A DNA stretch of 64,000 nucleotides from a virus (lineage: Duplodnaviria; Caudoviricetes). A program made the position numbers and the translations under genes. The stretch lies in IMG/VR virus record IMGVR_UViG_3300032295_002791, positions 1 through 64,000 of that record; one strand, written 5' to 3'. The notes beneath the pieces are model-generated. The model was given only the letters and a program-made list of their open reading frames with translations. It had not been told where the DNA came from and did not search any database. Below, piece by piece: positions 30,412-42,296 of the stretch; position 1 is the first letter of the stretch, and the number at the start of each line of letters is the position of its first letter.

Positions 30412-31671
30412 ATGAAAAACTTTGTTATAACCAATAAGTATATAGTGCGTGCTCCAAATATTGGACAGGCAAAGAGTATTGTTTTCGAGGGTGCAGGAAA
30501 CGGAGACCTCTTGGGGGATTCGTTACACGCGATTGAAATTAGTGATGATGAGATTACTGATTTTATTAATGACAAAGATTCAATGTACACTCAGTCTTCT
30601 GTCATTACAGTAGAAGATCCTTCTATATATGAAGACGAAGAGTATGATCCCACTGATTCAGTGTCAGATATATCTGATTCACGAAATGAATTCTTAAGAT
30701 CAGAAAATAGAAGATTGGCTAAGAGAGTACAGACTCTTAAGAATGTACAAGATGAGGTTGTAAGAGCAGCTTATGCCGCAGCTTACGATGCCTTTGCCGG
30801 CTTTGAGTTCCCAGAAATTAAAGCTCCTTCTTTAAAAAAGAATAAAGAAAAAGTTCCAGAAACTGCAGTAGTAGTCTTTGCAGACTGGCAAATGGGCAAG
30901 GTAACACCTGATTACAATACTAATGTATTAGAAGAAAGAATAGAAAAATATACAGAAAAGCTGTTAGAAATAACAGAGATTCAAAGAATGGATCATGAAG
31001 TAAATGACCTTCATATCTGGCTGTTAGGCGACATAGTCGAAGGTGAAGAGATTTTTCCTGGACAAAGCCACCTTATAGACTCTGGCCTGTACAGACAAGT
31101 TGCCGTTAATGGCCCAAGAATACTTGGGAACTTTGTTAAGACCGCATTGGAAAATTTCAATCACGTACACATTACTGGCGTGATAGGAAACCATGGAGCG
31201 GTAGGCGGAAGAGCACGCAAGCAGCACGATCCAGAAACCAACATGGATAGAATGCTCTATAAGATTATAGAGTTGATTGTTGGAGATGACGAAAGAGTAA
31301 CCTTTAACATTCCAGATGGCGTAGGAGAAAGAAACTGGTATGCCATTGATACAATCGGCAATTACAGCAGTTTGTTAATTCATGGTGATCAAATGCCTGC
31401 ACCAAATGCTTTTCATGGTTACTATAAAAAAATAATGGGATGGAAAGATGGAGCAATTCCTGAACATTTTGATGATGTTTTCATGGGCCATTATCATCAG
31501 CAATTTAAGATGACGATAGGAAGTTCCATGTTAAGAATTTCTGGTTCTCCAGAAAGCTATAACACCTATGCCCAAGAATACTTCTCGTCTATGAGCAGAC
31601 CTTGTCAGCATTTAATGTTTGTGCACCCAGAAAATGGAATTACTTCTGAGTACTCTATTTGGTTAGACTAA
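30412..31671 (+). CDS. Calcineurin-like metallophosphoesterase with an extra N-terminal domain and coiled coil
   Basis: ADWQMG, LLGDIVEG, GNHG, IHGD, GHYHQ motifs. Confidence 0.85.
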   Translation: MKNFVITNKYIVRAPNIGQAKSIVFEGAGNGDLLGDSLHAIEISDDEITDFINDKDSMYTQSSVITVEDPSIYEDEEYDPTDSVSDISDSRNEFLRSENRRLAKRVQTLKNVQDEVVRAAYAAAYDAFAGFEFPEIKAPSLKKNKEKVPETAVVVFADWQMGKVTPDYNTNVLEERIEKYTEKLLEITEIQRMDHEVNDLHIWLLGDIVEGEEIFPGQSHLIDSGLYRQVAVNGPRILGNFVKTALENFNHVHITGVIGNHGAVGGRARKQHDPETNMDRMLYKIIELIVGDDERVTFNIPDGVGERNWYAIDTIGNYSSLLIHGDQMPAPNAFHGYYKKIMGWKDGAIPEHFDDVFMGHYHQQFKMTIGSSMLRISGSPESYNTYAQEYFSSMSRPCQHLMFVHPENGITSEYSIWLD

Positions 31672-31687
31672 TTAAAAAGGATCAGTA

Positions 31688-34600
31688 ATGAAAAATTATC
31701 TCTTGGGTCTCCGCAGTGGAGATTTCAACAAGGTTGGTAATGTTTGGACTACTGATCCTATTCATTTATATAATAATAAATTTTATAAAAACTATTCGTA
31801 TAAGAGATCCCCTACTGGACTAAATCTAATAGGGGACTATACGTTTGTTGGAACCGAGATGGCTTCGCCATCGCAAACTGGCCCCAACACCGAAGCACAT
31901 GACTCCAATGCCGTATATGTAACTAATTACGGAGAGGTCGTATATGAGTCAGCTACACCTGATCTTCTAAGATTTATAGATACAACATCTAGAATTGATA
32001 TTGTTTCCTATAAGCATGCTTTCACTAACTTAACGCGGAAGCGAAATACCAACATTTAATTTCCAAATATTTGAGTCAGACAATGAGTCTGGCCCTTGGA
32101 TGAAGTCAGAAATAACGATAGATTCTTCTTCTATATTCCTAACTAATTCAAAAAAATATATTAAAATACAATTAGAAATATTTTCTGAAGCAGAAGATGT
32201 AACTGCGCTCGGCCTGCTCCTATTTGTAAACGTATTGATACATGATGTAGACAGTCCAATTATATCGGATTCTGCTAGAAGCATACTTTCTAAGTTCCCA
32301 ACATGGACTGCACTGTACGAAGACTCGATAGAGGGAGCAACACCTTCATTGAAGGTCCCAGAGTCTGTTGGTGGAAAGTTTATCTCATCTTTGGTTGGAG
32401 AATATTTAGATAATTTTGAGTCTGAATTAAACTTACAAGATATAAATTCATTCATATCAACCGCAGATGAAGATGTCGTTGACTGGATATACATGACCTA
32501 TGCCGTGCCATCAGCGGCTCTTTCTGTTTCTGGTGATGGAATAGAATTGGCAAGATCTGGTTCATTAGAAAGTTTTTATGAATCAAGAAAAACAGACTAT
32601 ATCTATTATCATAATCTTATAGATAATCAAATAATAACTCTAAGAAAGTTTGATAATCTATCCATAGATGCAACAACATATGATCAAGATCCTATATTGT
32701 TCTTTAATATATTTGATGAATTTGGATCCAGGGTTGGATTAAGAAGGTTATATCTAGAAAATAATTCTAACTATAAGAAAAGAATTTTAGACGTATACCA
32801 AAATCCTCCATCAGTAGATTTAGATGGACTTAAATTAACCCTAAGAAGAGAGTTAGATATTTGGAGAGCATATGGGGCCACTCCAAATTCAGCTTATCTT
32901 GGAGCTACGCCTGAAATACTAGAGATGACCGACATAGAGTCGTCAACTCCATATTTTACTTTTGACGGAAACCCATCAAAAGACTTTAATTCATTTGTAA
33001 GATACATAAATGAAACCTATCCATCTAACTTGGGGTATGCAAATTGGGATGAGGGGATCTGGGACTATGCTGGACTTTCAGGTGAAGGCATGCTGCATAT
33101 TCCATTCATATATGACACTGCAACTCCGCTGGGAGAATATTTCCAACCTGGATTTGGCGACTTTGAAGATGGAAAACTATTAATTACATCTGAAGATTTT
33201 GCAACAGTATCTTTTGAGGGATACTTCCAGGCAGATGGATTTATGATTTCATCATACAAGGATCATTATAATCCAATAGAAATAGATTTTGAGTATTATG
33301 CAGATTACATATTAGGAGTTGTTCCTAATCCAGACGCAAGTAATCCAAACTCGGCAACGCCATATAACGCTGGCGTCTCTGTAGTTTACGAGATACACAT
33401 GCCGACACATAATCAATATGCAACTCCGTCTGTATTTTATACAAATATGTCCTATCTTGATAGGGATGATTTTTTTGTTAAGAATTACTACCTGCAGTCA
33501 AGCGATGCCAGTCCTGAATATAATTTAATACAAGTTGTCAATTCGGATGGATTAACAAATGTAAATCTTCCTTTCAGAGAAAAGACGTATGATTATCCAT
33601 ATGTAAATACTCAGGCCACACCTAATACTAATTCGATTGATGTTTCTAAGGCTTCTGAAATTAGAATAGTTGCAAAATCAAAATGGAATGAATCAGTAGA
33701 TTCCTATGTTACCAATTCATATGCCGCTTATAGAATTGCATTCAACGAAGATGGAAGAGGTTATTGGGTTAATCCAACCGCTGGTTCATATATTTCTCTT
33801 TCAACCCCAAATATAAACTATGTAAATTCAAACTTTAAAATAGGATCTACTGTATACGGAACAAAAAACATTACTGGAGTAACCGATACAATAGAAGGAA
33901 AGATGGTCGTTAATTCATTTAATGATCCATCCATAGTAGATGATGTCTTGATAACAAAGGATGAAATAAAGGCACCTTTGATTTTCCCAATTGGTTCAAC
34001 TCCACAAAGTATTTATTTTAGTAGCAAAAAAATAAATCCAGAACCCCTTTACAATACAGTCCAAATACTTTCTCTGAAAGACCCAAAGCATGGTGGCATA
34101 TCCTATAACCATATTGATGATTCGGAATACTTTGTACCAGCTTCTCCTAATATTGTATTAGAAATTTATAATCAAAAATTTGATTCTCTAGAAGAAAATA
34201 TATATTCTCCAGTTTCTTCAAGCTATTTTGAGACAGCAACAATTAACTATACAACAGGTTCCGAAACACTTGTGGTAACAAATGGATTAGCATCAACTCC
34301 GTACTACCCATTTAAATCTCCAATTTGGACGCAGCTGACACAGCCGCTGTCAAGCACTCCGATGATTCAGGGTTACCTAGACAGGTATGGCAATGCCTAT
34401 AAGGATGGGGAAATAATAGAAGATTCTGGTAGAACAACAAATCCTGGTCAGGTAGACTCCTTTGTTACAAGATGTAGTTTGTCTAGACAGTCATTTGGCT
34501 TAGGCCCAGAAGACAATGATACCTATGTAATAACTTCAATAGATGCAGTAAGTTTGAATGAAGACATTAATCTTGTTGTTCCAAACAAACAGGTTAGTTC

Positions 34601-36530
34601 AAGTGGGTTCTCTCCAGATTCACCCGTTAATTTTATACAAGAAATTTATAATGTAGATACTGGCACCTATGAATATGGCGAGTTGACAGTTAACGCCTAC
34701 GCAGCAGATTATTATGACAATAAAAACATAAGTTTGTTAGATACAAAGCAGCCAGATATAAATGTTGGATGGCTCGATCTGCCAAACAGTGAATACTACA
34801 TTTATTCTGCGCCTGTTATAGAGGCTTATAGTGGACAGTTCTTTGAGTTGCAATTGAATGATATTCCGAGACAAGGTGCACCGGTCATAGTCAATGTTTA
34901 TAGTGGCGATTCAACAATTCAATACGATGAATTAGTCTTTAATGACGAAGCAACGCCTGGTAATGTGACATTCTATAATGAAGAAACCGTTATTGGTTCT
35001 GATGATTTGGCCTTGTATTTGGCATATCCAAATATTTCTAACTTAACACTTCAAGATACATATAGCGGAAACGTATTAGTTCAATCAAGTTTAAATCCAG
35101 AATTCTATATTTGGACTTCAGTAGATCAAAGTGGAAATTACATCTTGGATGAAGATGAGAATACAGAGTATTATATATTTAATTCTGACTTCATTCAAAG
35201 TGGAGATCAAATATATACATTAGTTGGAAATAGATTTGCTATATTAAATAGCGAAACTTATGAGAGTAGAATAATTCCTGGCAGAGAATATCTTGTAACT
35301 TATACGATTAATAACTCCTATTACATTGACAGAAATTATTATGATTCTACTCCAGACGACTATTTCGGTAAAATATATTTTGCATCAACTCCAAAGATCA
35401 CTTCCTTGTATGAGGTAATATATGAAACTTCTAAGTATAAATCAAGCACGCCTTCTGGTTTATACTTAAATCCTTTATACAATCCAATAGATGAAGGATT
35501 CGTATTTGTATCTGATTCTGATTACGATTTTGATACAGCTGGAGTATGGATATCTCCACAGAAAATATTTGATGTTTCAGACGATATTATATATATATCA
35601 ATTGTTTCCTATGATACCAATGGAAATCCAAAGCCATATCAAACATTTAGAGTTTATGGCGATGAAATTACGGCAGAAAATGAATACGTAACCACAAATC
35701 AAAATGGCTTTGTCACTACCAGCTTTAGGTACTCTGGTATAAATCCAGCGGTAAAAACTACAATAGAAATATTTGTTTCTGGAATTTCATATCCAGCAGC
35801 AAACGCACACAGCAACAGCTCTTCTGGTTCATTTAGCGATTCGTATACTGTCGATCTTGCCCTAAGTAATACTTATACCTATGAATTCAAAGCCGCCCCA
35901 GACAAGATGAATATTAAAGCAGATGGCTTGGGAGACATATACATAAAGGGATATGTTAGACAGGGTAATGTTCCCCCAGCAAATGCTCCTGCAATTTATT
36001 GGAGAAAAGCGAGAACCGCCTACTCTGCCCTAGAGCAAATAAATTACTTAGCAAATTCAAGTACACCTGGTAGATATGGAACATCTGGATTTGTTTATGC
36101 AGATCAGTATGGCAATTTTAATATTGGCCCATTCTACGCACAGGATAGGACAAAGCCAGGCTATTGGTTTGTTGCCCTAGACACAGAATTAGCTTCCACT
36201 CCTTCGGCAACTCCTGTTACTATATACGGTGACATAGTTTATTGGTATGAAAATTATGACAATTTACATTATTCAAATGAGATTGTTCCACTACCAGGAT
36301 CCTACACGGCAATACCAACTTCTGGTTCGGAGATAATTGCCGACTCCAGTTTCACCTATAGACATTACGATATGGAATTTGACAATCAGTCTGCGGCAAC
36401 CATAAACTGGTTACCACCAAGATGGTTCCCAATAAGTAGATACGAACAATATCAGATGGGATTCTTTGGGTCAACACCAAATACTATTTCAGAATATCAA
36501 AACCTAAATGCAGATTATGAGGATAGCTAA
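31688..36530 (+). CDS. Large baseplate wedge/tail protein (about 1600 aa if joined by a +1 frameshift near 32034-32056)
   Basis: ORF 31688-32059 has RBS AAGGA. The +1 frame is open from 32034 into ORF 32100-36530, which has no evident RBS. Wedge-type motif FDEFGSRVGLRRLYLENNSNYKKRI; C-terminal Ig-like segment (YDTNGNP..VTTNQNG). Confidence 0.6.
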
Positions 36531-39500
36531 ATGAAGCTATTTAAAAATAGAACAGTTAGCGAAAAAGAAAACGCTATTAAAGTTGGATCGTCAGTTCCTG
36601 ACGACGCAGCAAACATTGCCTATTTTATTAATGAGCAGTTATCTCCCAAGAATAATCTTACGGTTATAGATATATCAAGTTCTATAGCTGAAAATAAAAT
36701 TTCTTTAGACAGAGGCGTCAAAACCTACTACGCTAATGAGTTGGGTGTATTGGAAGATGAGACAGGAAATACAATATTTCCAAGCGCAGACATTTCAATA
36801 AGTGATTCTTTCTTATTGAAAGATTACCAAACAGAAATGCTAAAAGTCGCAGAAATTAATTCTGATGAATTCTTTCATTATTATTATGTAAGTAGATTCT
36901 TCATATCTGCCCCAGCAAACTATAGTACATATGGATTGTCTGAGTATATACCTCAGTCACTTTATTCCGCTTTAAACATAAAGGTTTTGAATTCGCAAAA
37001 CCAAGATCATGTAGATATAAATACTGGAAGAAAAAAGTATAAGATACTCCTTGATCCATATGCAACAGAAGCCAATAGCGAAGATACAGAGCGCCCATAT
37101 AAGGTAATTATAGGTTTGGATTCTTCCGATCCAATTAATCTTAAATTAGTTTACGATAAAGTTGAATGCGATTCAGATGGCAAGGTAACCTCTCAATACC
37201 TAAGGTATTCAGAATCGATTAACGCAGTGCAATATTTTAAGCCTATAGCAGAAGAAACTTTTGTTGTAGATAATAATTATGATAAAAAAGTATTTTCTGT
37301 AAAAAAGTTTAATAAAAAATATTCAGATATATTTAATACAAATATTAATTCAACTGGATATCAAGTATTTGTTCCTAAGAGGGCAATAGCCGACAACAGA
37401 ACTTACGAAGTATTTAACTGGAGATTAGTAGCTAGATCCAATCAATCTGTTAACTTGGAGTTAATTGATTATTTTTCTGACCTAGAAACAACCACTGGTA
37501 TAAAGCAAAAGACAGTTAATGTTGGAGTTTTATATGACTCATTAGATACTCAATCCTTAGAGGTTATTAAGCCATATGTATTTTATAGGCTTGAAAAATC
37601 TCCATTTAACTTCTCTAAGTTTGCATTTAAAAATCCGGTAAGTGAAGCTGCAAATAACTTAGATAAGACTAAGGCAAACTATTGGATGATTGATATCCAA
37701 TCAATTGATTCATTAGAGAATTTTGATATACTTACATTTTGCCCAACAAAAAAGCTGTCTGAAAAAGCTAATATATTAATAAATAATTATGTAAAAATAC
37801 ATAATGGCACACTGCTAGTTGATGGTTCACTATATCCATCTGGAGAAGCTTTTATATCACCAGATATATCTATGGCAACATTTACCGCAAGTGTTGTCCC
37901 AACATATTACGGATATGTAACATCTTCCAAAATATTAGATGAAACAAAAAATGGTGGCTGGAATATAGATTCTACCATATTTGAAAATCAAGACTATGGA
38001 ATATTTGGTCTAAAAAAAGGCGCGTACAAGCAACTCTCTAACGTAAGTTCCTCTAACAGTTTCTTGAATATAGGAATAAGCTCATCATCAAACTCATCTG
38101 TTGGAGCTCTATTTGAATTCCCTACCGTAGGAGATGCTGTAGCTCAAGGCAATATAATATTTACTTCATTCTCTTTCTTAGAATATTGTAACTCAATATA
38201 CAGCGTTGCATCAAAGTCTACTGTTCTTAAATTAAATAATGAGAGTTCGGTTTTTGAAGAAAACGATACAAGTTTAATTTCCGCAGTTGTAGAAGGTCCA
38301 TTTAAGTTATTATATAACTCAGTTTCATTTGCTATGTATTCGAGATCCTATGCTTCAAGAGTTATTGATACAAGATCTTCTTTGTTTAACTTTGTTGGAG
38401 AATGGAATTCTTCTTGGGTGATGAATCAAGATGCACTTCTTACGCAGGAAAAAGAAGAGTTATTTGTTAACGTAACTGTTGGAACTAATGAGACTAGGTA
38501 TACAAGAAGTATCGTTCCTTCTCCTCTTAATATAGGTGAATACTATCTGCGTTCTCTAACAGACTCACTGCCGACTTATCAAAGAGATAAAATTTCTTTT
38601 ATAGATTTAGATTCTGTAGAATTTTTTATAGAAGTAACCAATCCAGATGTAATCATAGCCAATTCTACTTCTGTATCTTCGTCAATACAGGAAAATATAG
38701 CAAGTTCGTATAGCTTATTTAAGGTTCCATCTTCAAAGAATTTTGTCTACGCATATACAGATACAATATCTCCAATAATTAATATACCAGATGGATTTGG
38801 CCCGTATGTAGTAAAAGAAATTCCAAGTCTAAAGAGTTCAAATTTAAGATTACTTAATAATAATATAGATCCAACAAACTATTTTGCAGCTTATCCATTT
38901 GAACTCCAGACCGCATACTCATATCAAACAGCAACAGATAAGCCTCTTGGGTTCAATGGAACATATTCATCAAACATAAGAATACGTTATCAGGGTCAAG
39001 GACAACTGCAGCTCAAGAGAGCCGTAGGAACAGTAGTCAGAAACTATATCATAATACAGAAGGGCGAACCGACTTTAATTGATGCAGGTGGTGCAATTCC
39101 TGGTCAATCACAAAATGATGTCCCATGTGTAAACCTTACATCTGGAAGAGATTCAGTTTTTGTCTCTTCTGATTTAGTTTGGAGAAACTTTGATTACACT
39201 TGGGACTTAGATAACGGAAACGTTTCTAGTGCTTGGGTAATTGGCACAACGGGTGAATACGTTAAGTATATTAAATCAATGCTGAAGGCTGGTGGATTTT
39301 ACGGCGGAGCAATAAATACTAGTTACGACCAAGCCGCTTCTACAGCTGTTACTGCATTCCAAAATAGAATGCGAACAAGTGGTGTAAAGTTTGATGGAAT
39401 TGTTGACGGAAAAATAGACAGTCAGACAAAATCCTTGTTTGTAAGTGCTATGTCGCTTGGCATAATAAATGCTGCAACCGCAAAAACACTTTGCGCTTCA

Positions 39501-42296
39501 AATGGAGTTTCCAAATATTATGATGCTGCACTGTCTCAGGGTGATATAAGTGAAATAAATTCTGGTGGAAAATACAGAAGAATTAGCTATTCAGGTGGGG
39601 GAATTGGAAATGATGTAAAAACAATTCAAGATGTAATATTCTTTACCATTCCAGATGGTGCTGAAACCGTAAAGAGTATTAAGATTAATTTTGGAACAAT
39701 TGCTGGTTGGAATAATGTAACTGTAGTTTCTTATGGATATGCTCCGGTAAATCATGCAGCAAACAATATATCTTTTGCAAACACAATAAATAACAGCGCA
39801 TACAAGGGTTATACAGTTAACAAGAAGCCAGATGCTGCTGGAAACGTGACATTGTCAATGTATGATCTTCCAGTCTCTAATTGCAAGTATGGATATATCT
39901 TTTTTAAAACTAATAATACAGTAATAAATCAGTCAAAGTATGGCAATGCAGAAGGATACCAAATTAGGGGTCTTAGATGTGATATAGTTGGAAATGCAAC
40001 TACATCAGATCCTGTATATGGAGATCCGGAAGAAATTGAAGTTCCAGTATCGGAAACTTACAATGCATTTCCAAGTTTGACTAAGCCAGAAATTGAAGAC
40101 ATAGCAAACTATTGGGTTGAAAATAATCCAAAGGTTTATTATGATGGGAATAATCTCAAATCAACACAGTCTGGATATCTAATCTTTACTGTTGATACAG
40201 AAAAATATTATTCCTGGAACGGGTCTTCTTGGTCCCAGGTAACTTTTGCTGAGAGCACAGAAAAAAATATTAAGTTTGATACAACAGTGGTAACAAAAAT
40301 TGTAGATGCTTACGTTAATGCAACAACTTCAGAAAAGTTCTCCAGTTTATCAGCCCTTAAAAACCATACAGTTAAATACGATACCAATACAATTAAAACA
40401 ATTTCATTAACATTTGGCTCAATAGTGTATAGCTATTTGAATAAATCATACACAGAAACATTATCTAGTTCAACTAGTCTTTCTACAGCTAGCTTTACTG
40501 CAGGTTCGGGTGTCGTATTTGATTTTACCAAACCACTCTATGTTGATTTAAATGGATCAAATTCTGTTACATTAAATTCTGTTACGTCAGAAACTGGATC
40601 AAATGTAGCTTCACCGCTCACAGTACTTAGTATCAACTACCTAGAAACAAATCCAGCATCTGGCACTGCAACAAGAGTAACGATAGAAACCTCTGCTACG
40701 TATTACTCTGGATCAAATGTAGTAACCACACCGTTGACATATATTAATCAGTACGTAATGAAGAATCTAAAAAATGTAATAGTTCCCAAAAAGGAATCAA
40801 TAACAACTTTAGATGGTACACTGTTGCTCTGCAATGAGTCTGGAAAACCTGTTGGCATTCCTACTGGAGCAGAAATATCTAGCTACTTTAGTTCAACAGC
40901 AACAGAACAAGAAAAGGACGCAAGACTTGGTTTTGTTTATGTAAAGAATAGAATACCAGAGCAAAGTGGATTTGTATACGGTTTCTATGATTTCGCTCAA
41001 AAAGAATTCCTTGGAGATACAGTTGCATATGTAGATATGATCACTAGGGGAATAAACAATATATTCCTTGCAGTAGTTGCATATGACTCAGATGGCAACA
41101 CTCAGAATATCATAGACTATATCGGGCCAAAGGTTAGCACAACTTTTATTCCAACTAATGTTCCAATTAAAAAGATATGTCCAGTTTACTCTGTTAAGTA
41201 TAATTCTGGAACAGCAATTAAAATTGGAAGTATGGCTTCCTACGTTGACAAGAAGCAAGCTTGGCCTTTGGTAATAACTTCTGGATCTTTTACTAAGTCA
41301 GTTGAAATACCACAATCAATTTATGATGATTGGAAGTCTGATTATGCAAACCAAACATTAATTGCAACCTATGATACTACAATAGCAAAAGGAATCAATT
41401 GGTCAAATATCTTTGGCAGAGGATATTATGATGTTAAGAATGAAAAACCAATAATTGTTTCTGACAAACAAATTAAATTAAGACAAACACCTTTGGTTGT
41501 CTGGCCAGAGCCAAGTAGCTATCAGAATGCAGTTGCCCCATTATTTAAGCCTCAGATAGAAGTATACACAAGAGATACGACATCTTCGAATTGGGAAAAA
41601 TTATCCCTCTCCGAGATAAGGGATTATAACTGCAGCTCTGGAATTATAGAGTTTAATAATAGGGTAATTCCATCTGATGAAAATTTGATAAAAGTAGATT
41701 ACGTAATAAAGAATTCTGACTTGATGATATATCAATCAAACGGAGAGGCAGTCCCGCTCAATCCATTCTTAAATTCTAAGAATATCAAATTCAACAAGCC
41801 ACTATACATATACATAGTGCCTACAAAGATAAATAAATTGTCTACAGATTCTTCTGCTGTTGCGGAATACATACCGCTAGAAGATTACGTTCCAAGTTAC
41901 CCATATAACTTTACGTATAATTCTGAAATATTTAATGAATACTCACCAAAGTATGATCCATTTGCGTTGCCAATCGGGATTATTTACTTTACTAATAATC
42001 CTAATAAGCAGCAAACAGAAATATATGACACAAGATTAAGAGGTGGCGGAATAGCCGCTGAGTATCAGTTCATAGAAATAGACTCAGAAATAGATAACCT
42101 CCTTTCCAATTGGGATATGTATCCAATCCACGGAACATCCTATCCAAGAGGTGGATTTGTTATAGTTAGAATACCAGATGAAGTTAAAGACAACTTTGAA
42201 AATATCGAAGAAATATATGATATAATTCGTAGGAACCTAACTGCTGGTGTTTCTTTTCAGGTACAGAATTTAAGCGGAGAGCTCTGGGAAATATAA
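36531..42296 (+). CDS. Large baseplate/tail protein with an internal peptidoglycan-binding domain
   Basis: PG_binding_1-like GTTGEYVKYIKSMLKAGGF..AVTAFQ..VDGKIDSQT (about 39234-39435). C-terminal DTRLRGGG..YPRGGFVIVRIP. Confidence 0.6.
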   Translation: MKLFKNRTVSEKENAIKVGSSVPDDAANIAYFINEQLSPKNNLTVIDISSSIAENKISLDRGVKTYYANELGVLEDETGNTIFPSADISISDSFLLKDYQTEMLKVAEINSDEFFHYYYVSRFFISAPANYSTYGLSEYIPQSLYSALNIKVLNSQNQDHVDINTGRKKYKILLDPYATEANSEDTERPYKVIIGLDSSDPINLKLVYDKVECDSDGKVTSQYLRYSESINAVQYFKPIAEETFVVDNNYDKKVFSVKKFNKKYSDIFNTNINSTGYQVFVPKRAIADNRTYEVFNWRLVARSNQSVNLELIDYFSDLETTTGIKQKTVNVGVLYDSLDTQSLEVIKPYVFYRLEKSPFNFSKFAFKNPVSEAANNLDKTKANYWMIDIQSIDSLENFDILTFCPTKKLSEKANILINNYVKIHNGTLLVDGSLYPSGEAFISPDISMATFTASVVPTYYGYVTSSKILDETKNGGWNIDSTIFENQDYGIFGLKKGAYKQLSNVSSSNSFLNIGISSSSNSSVGALFEFPTVGDAVAQGNIIFTSFSFLEYCNSIYSVASKSTVLKLNNESSVFEENDTSLISAVVEGPFKLLYNSVSFAMYSRSYASRVIDTRSSLFNFVGEWNSSWVMNQDALLTQEKEELFVNVTVGTNETRYTRSIVPSPLNIGEYYLRSLTDSLPTYQRDKISFIDLDSVEFFIEVTNPDVIIANSTSVSSSIQENIASSYSLFKVPSSKNFVYAYTDTISPIINIPDGFGPYVVKEIPSLKSSNLRLLNNNIDPTNYFAAYPFELQTAYSYQTATDKPLGFNGTYSSNIRIRYQGQGQLQLKRAVGTVVRNYIIIQKGEPTLIDAGGAIPGQSQNDVPCVNLTSGRDSVFVSSDLVWRNFDYTWDLDNGNVSSAWVIGTTGEYVKYIKSMLKAGGFYGGAINTSYDQAASTAVTAFQNRMRTSGVKFDGIVDGKIDSQTKSLFVSAMSLGIINAATAKTLCASNGVSKYYDAALSQGDISEINSGGKYRRISYSGGGIGNDVKTIQDVIFFTIPDGAETVKSIKINFGTIAGWNNVTVVSYGYAPVNHAANNISFANTINNSAYKGYTVNKKPDAAGNVTLSMYDLPVSNCKYGYIFFKTNNTVINQSKYGNAEGYQIRGLRCDIVGNATTSDPVYGDPEEIEVPVSETYNAFPSLTKPEIEDIANYWVENNPKVYYDGNNLKSTQSGYLIFTVDTEKYYSWNGSSWSQVTFAESTEKNIKFDTTVVTKIVDAYVNATTSEKFSSLSALKNHTVKYDTNTIKTISLTFGSIVYSYLNKSYTETLSSSTSLSTASFTAGSGVVFDFTKPLYVDLNGSNSVTLNSVTSETGSNVASPLTVLSINYLETNPASGTATRVTIETSATYYSGSNVVTTPLTYINQYVMKNLKNVIVPKKESITTLDGTLLLCNESGKPVGIPTGAEISSYFSSTATEQEKDARLGFVYVKNRIPEQSGFVYGFYDFAQKEFLGDTVAYVDMITRGINNIFLAVVAYDSDGNTQNIIDYIGPKVSTTFIPTNVPIKKICPVYSVKYNSGTAIKIGSMASYVDKKQAWPLVITSGSFTKSVEIPQSIYDDWKSDYANQTLIATYDTTIAKGINWSNIFGRGYYDVKNEKPIIVSDKQIKLRQTPLVVWPEPSSYQNAVAPLFKPQIEVYTRDTTSSNWEKLSLSEIRDYNCSSGIIEFNNRVIPSDENLIKVDYVIKNSDLMIYQSNGEAVPLNPFLNSKNIKFNKPLYIYIVPTKINKLSTDSSAVAEYIPLEDYVPSYPYNFTYNSEIFNEYSPKYDPFALPIGIIYFTNNPNKQQTEIYDTRLRGGGIAAEYQFIEIDSEIDNLLSNWDMYPIHGTSYPRGGFVIVRIPDEVKDNFENIEEIYDIIRRNLTAGVSFQVQNLSGELWEI

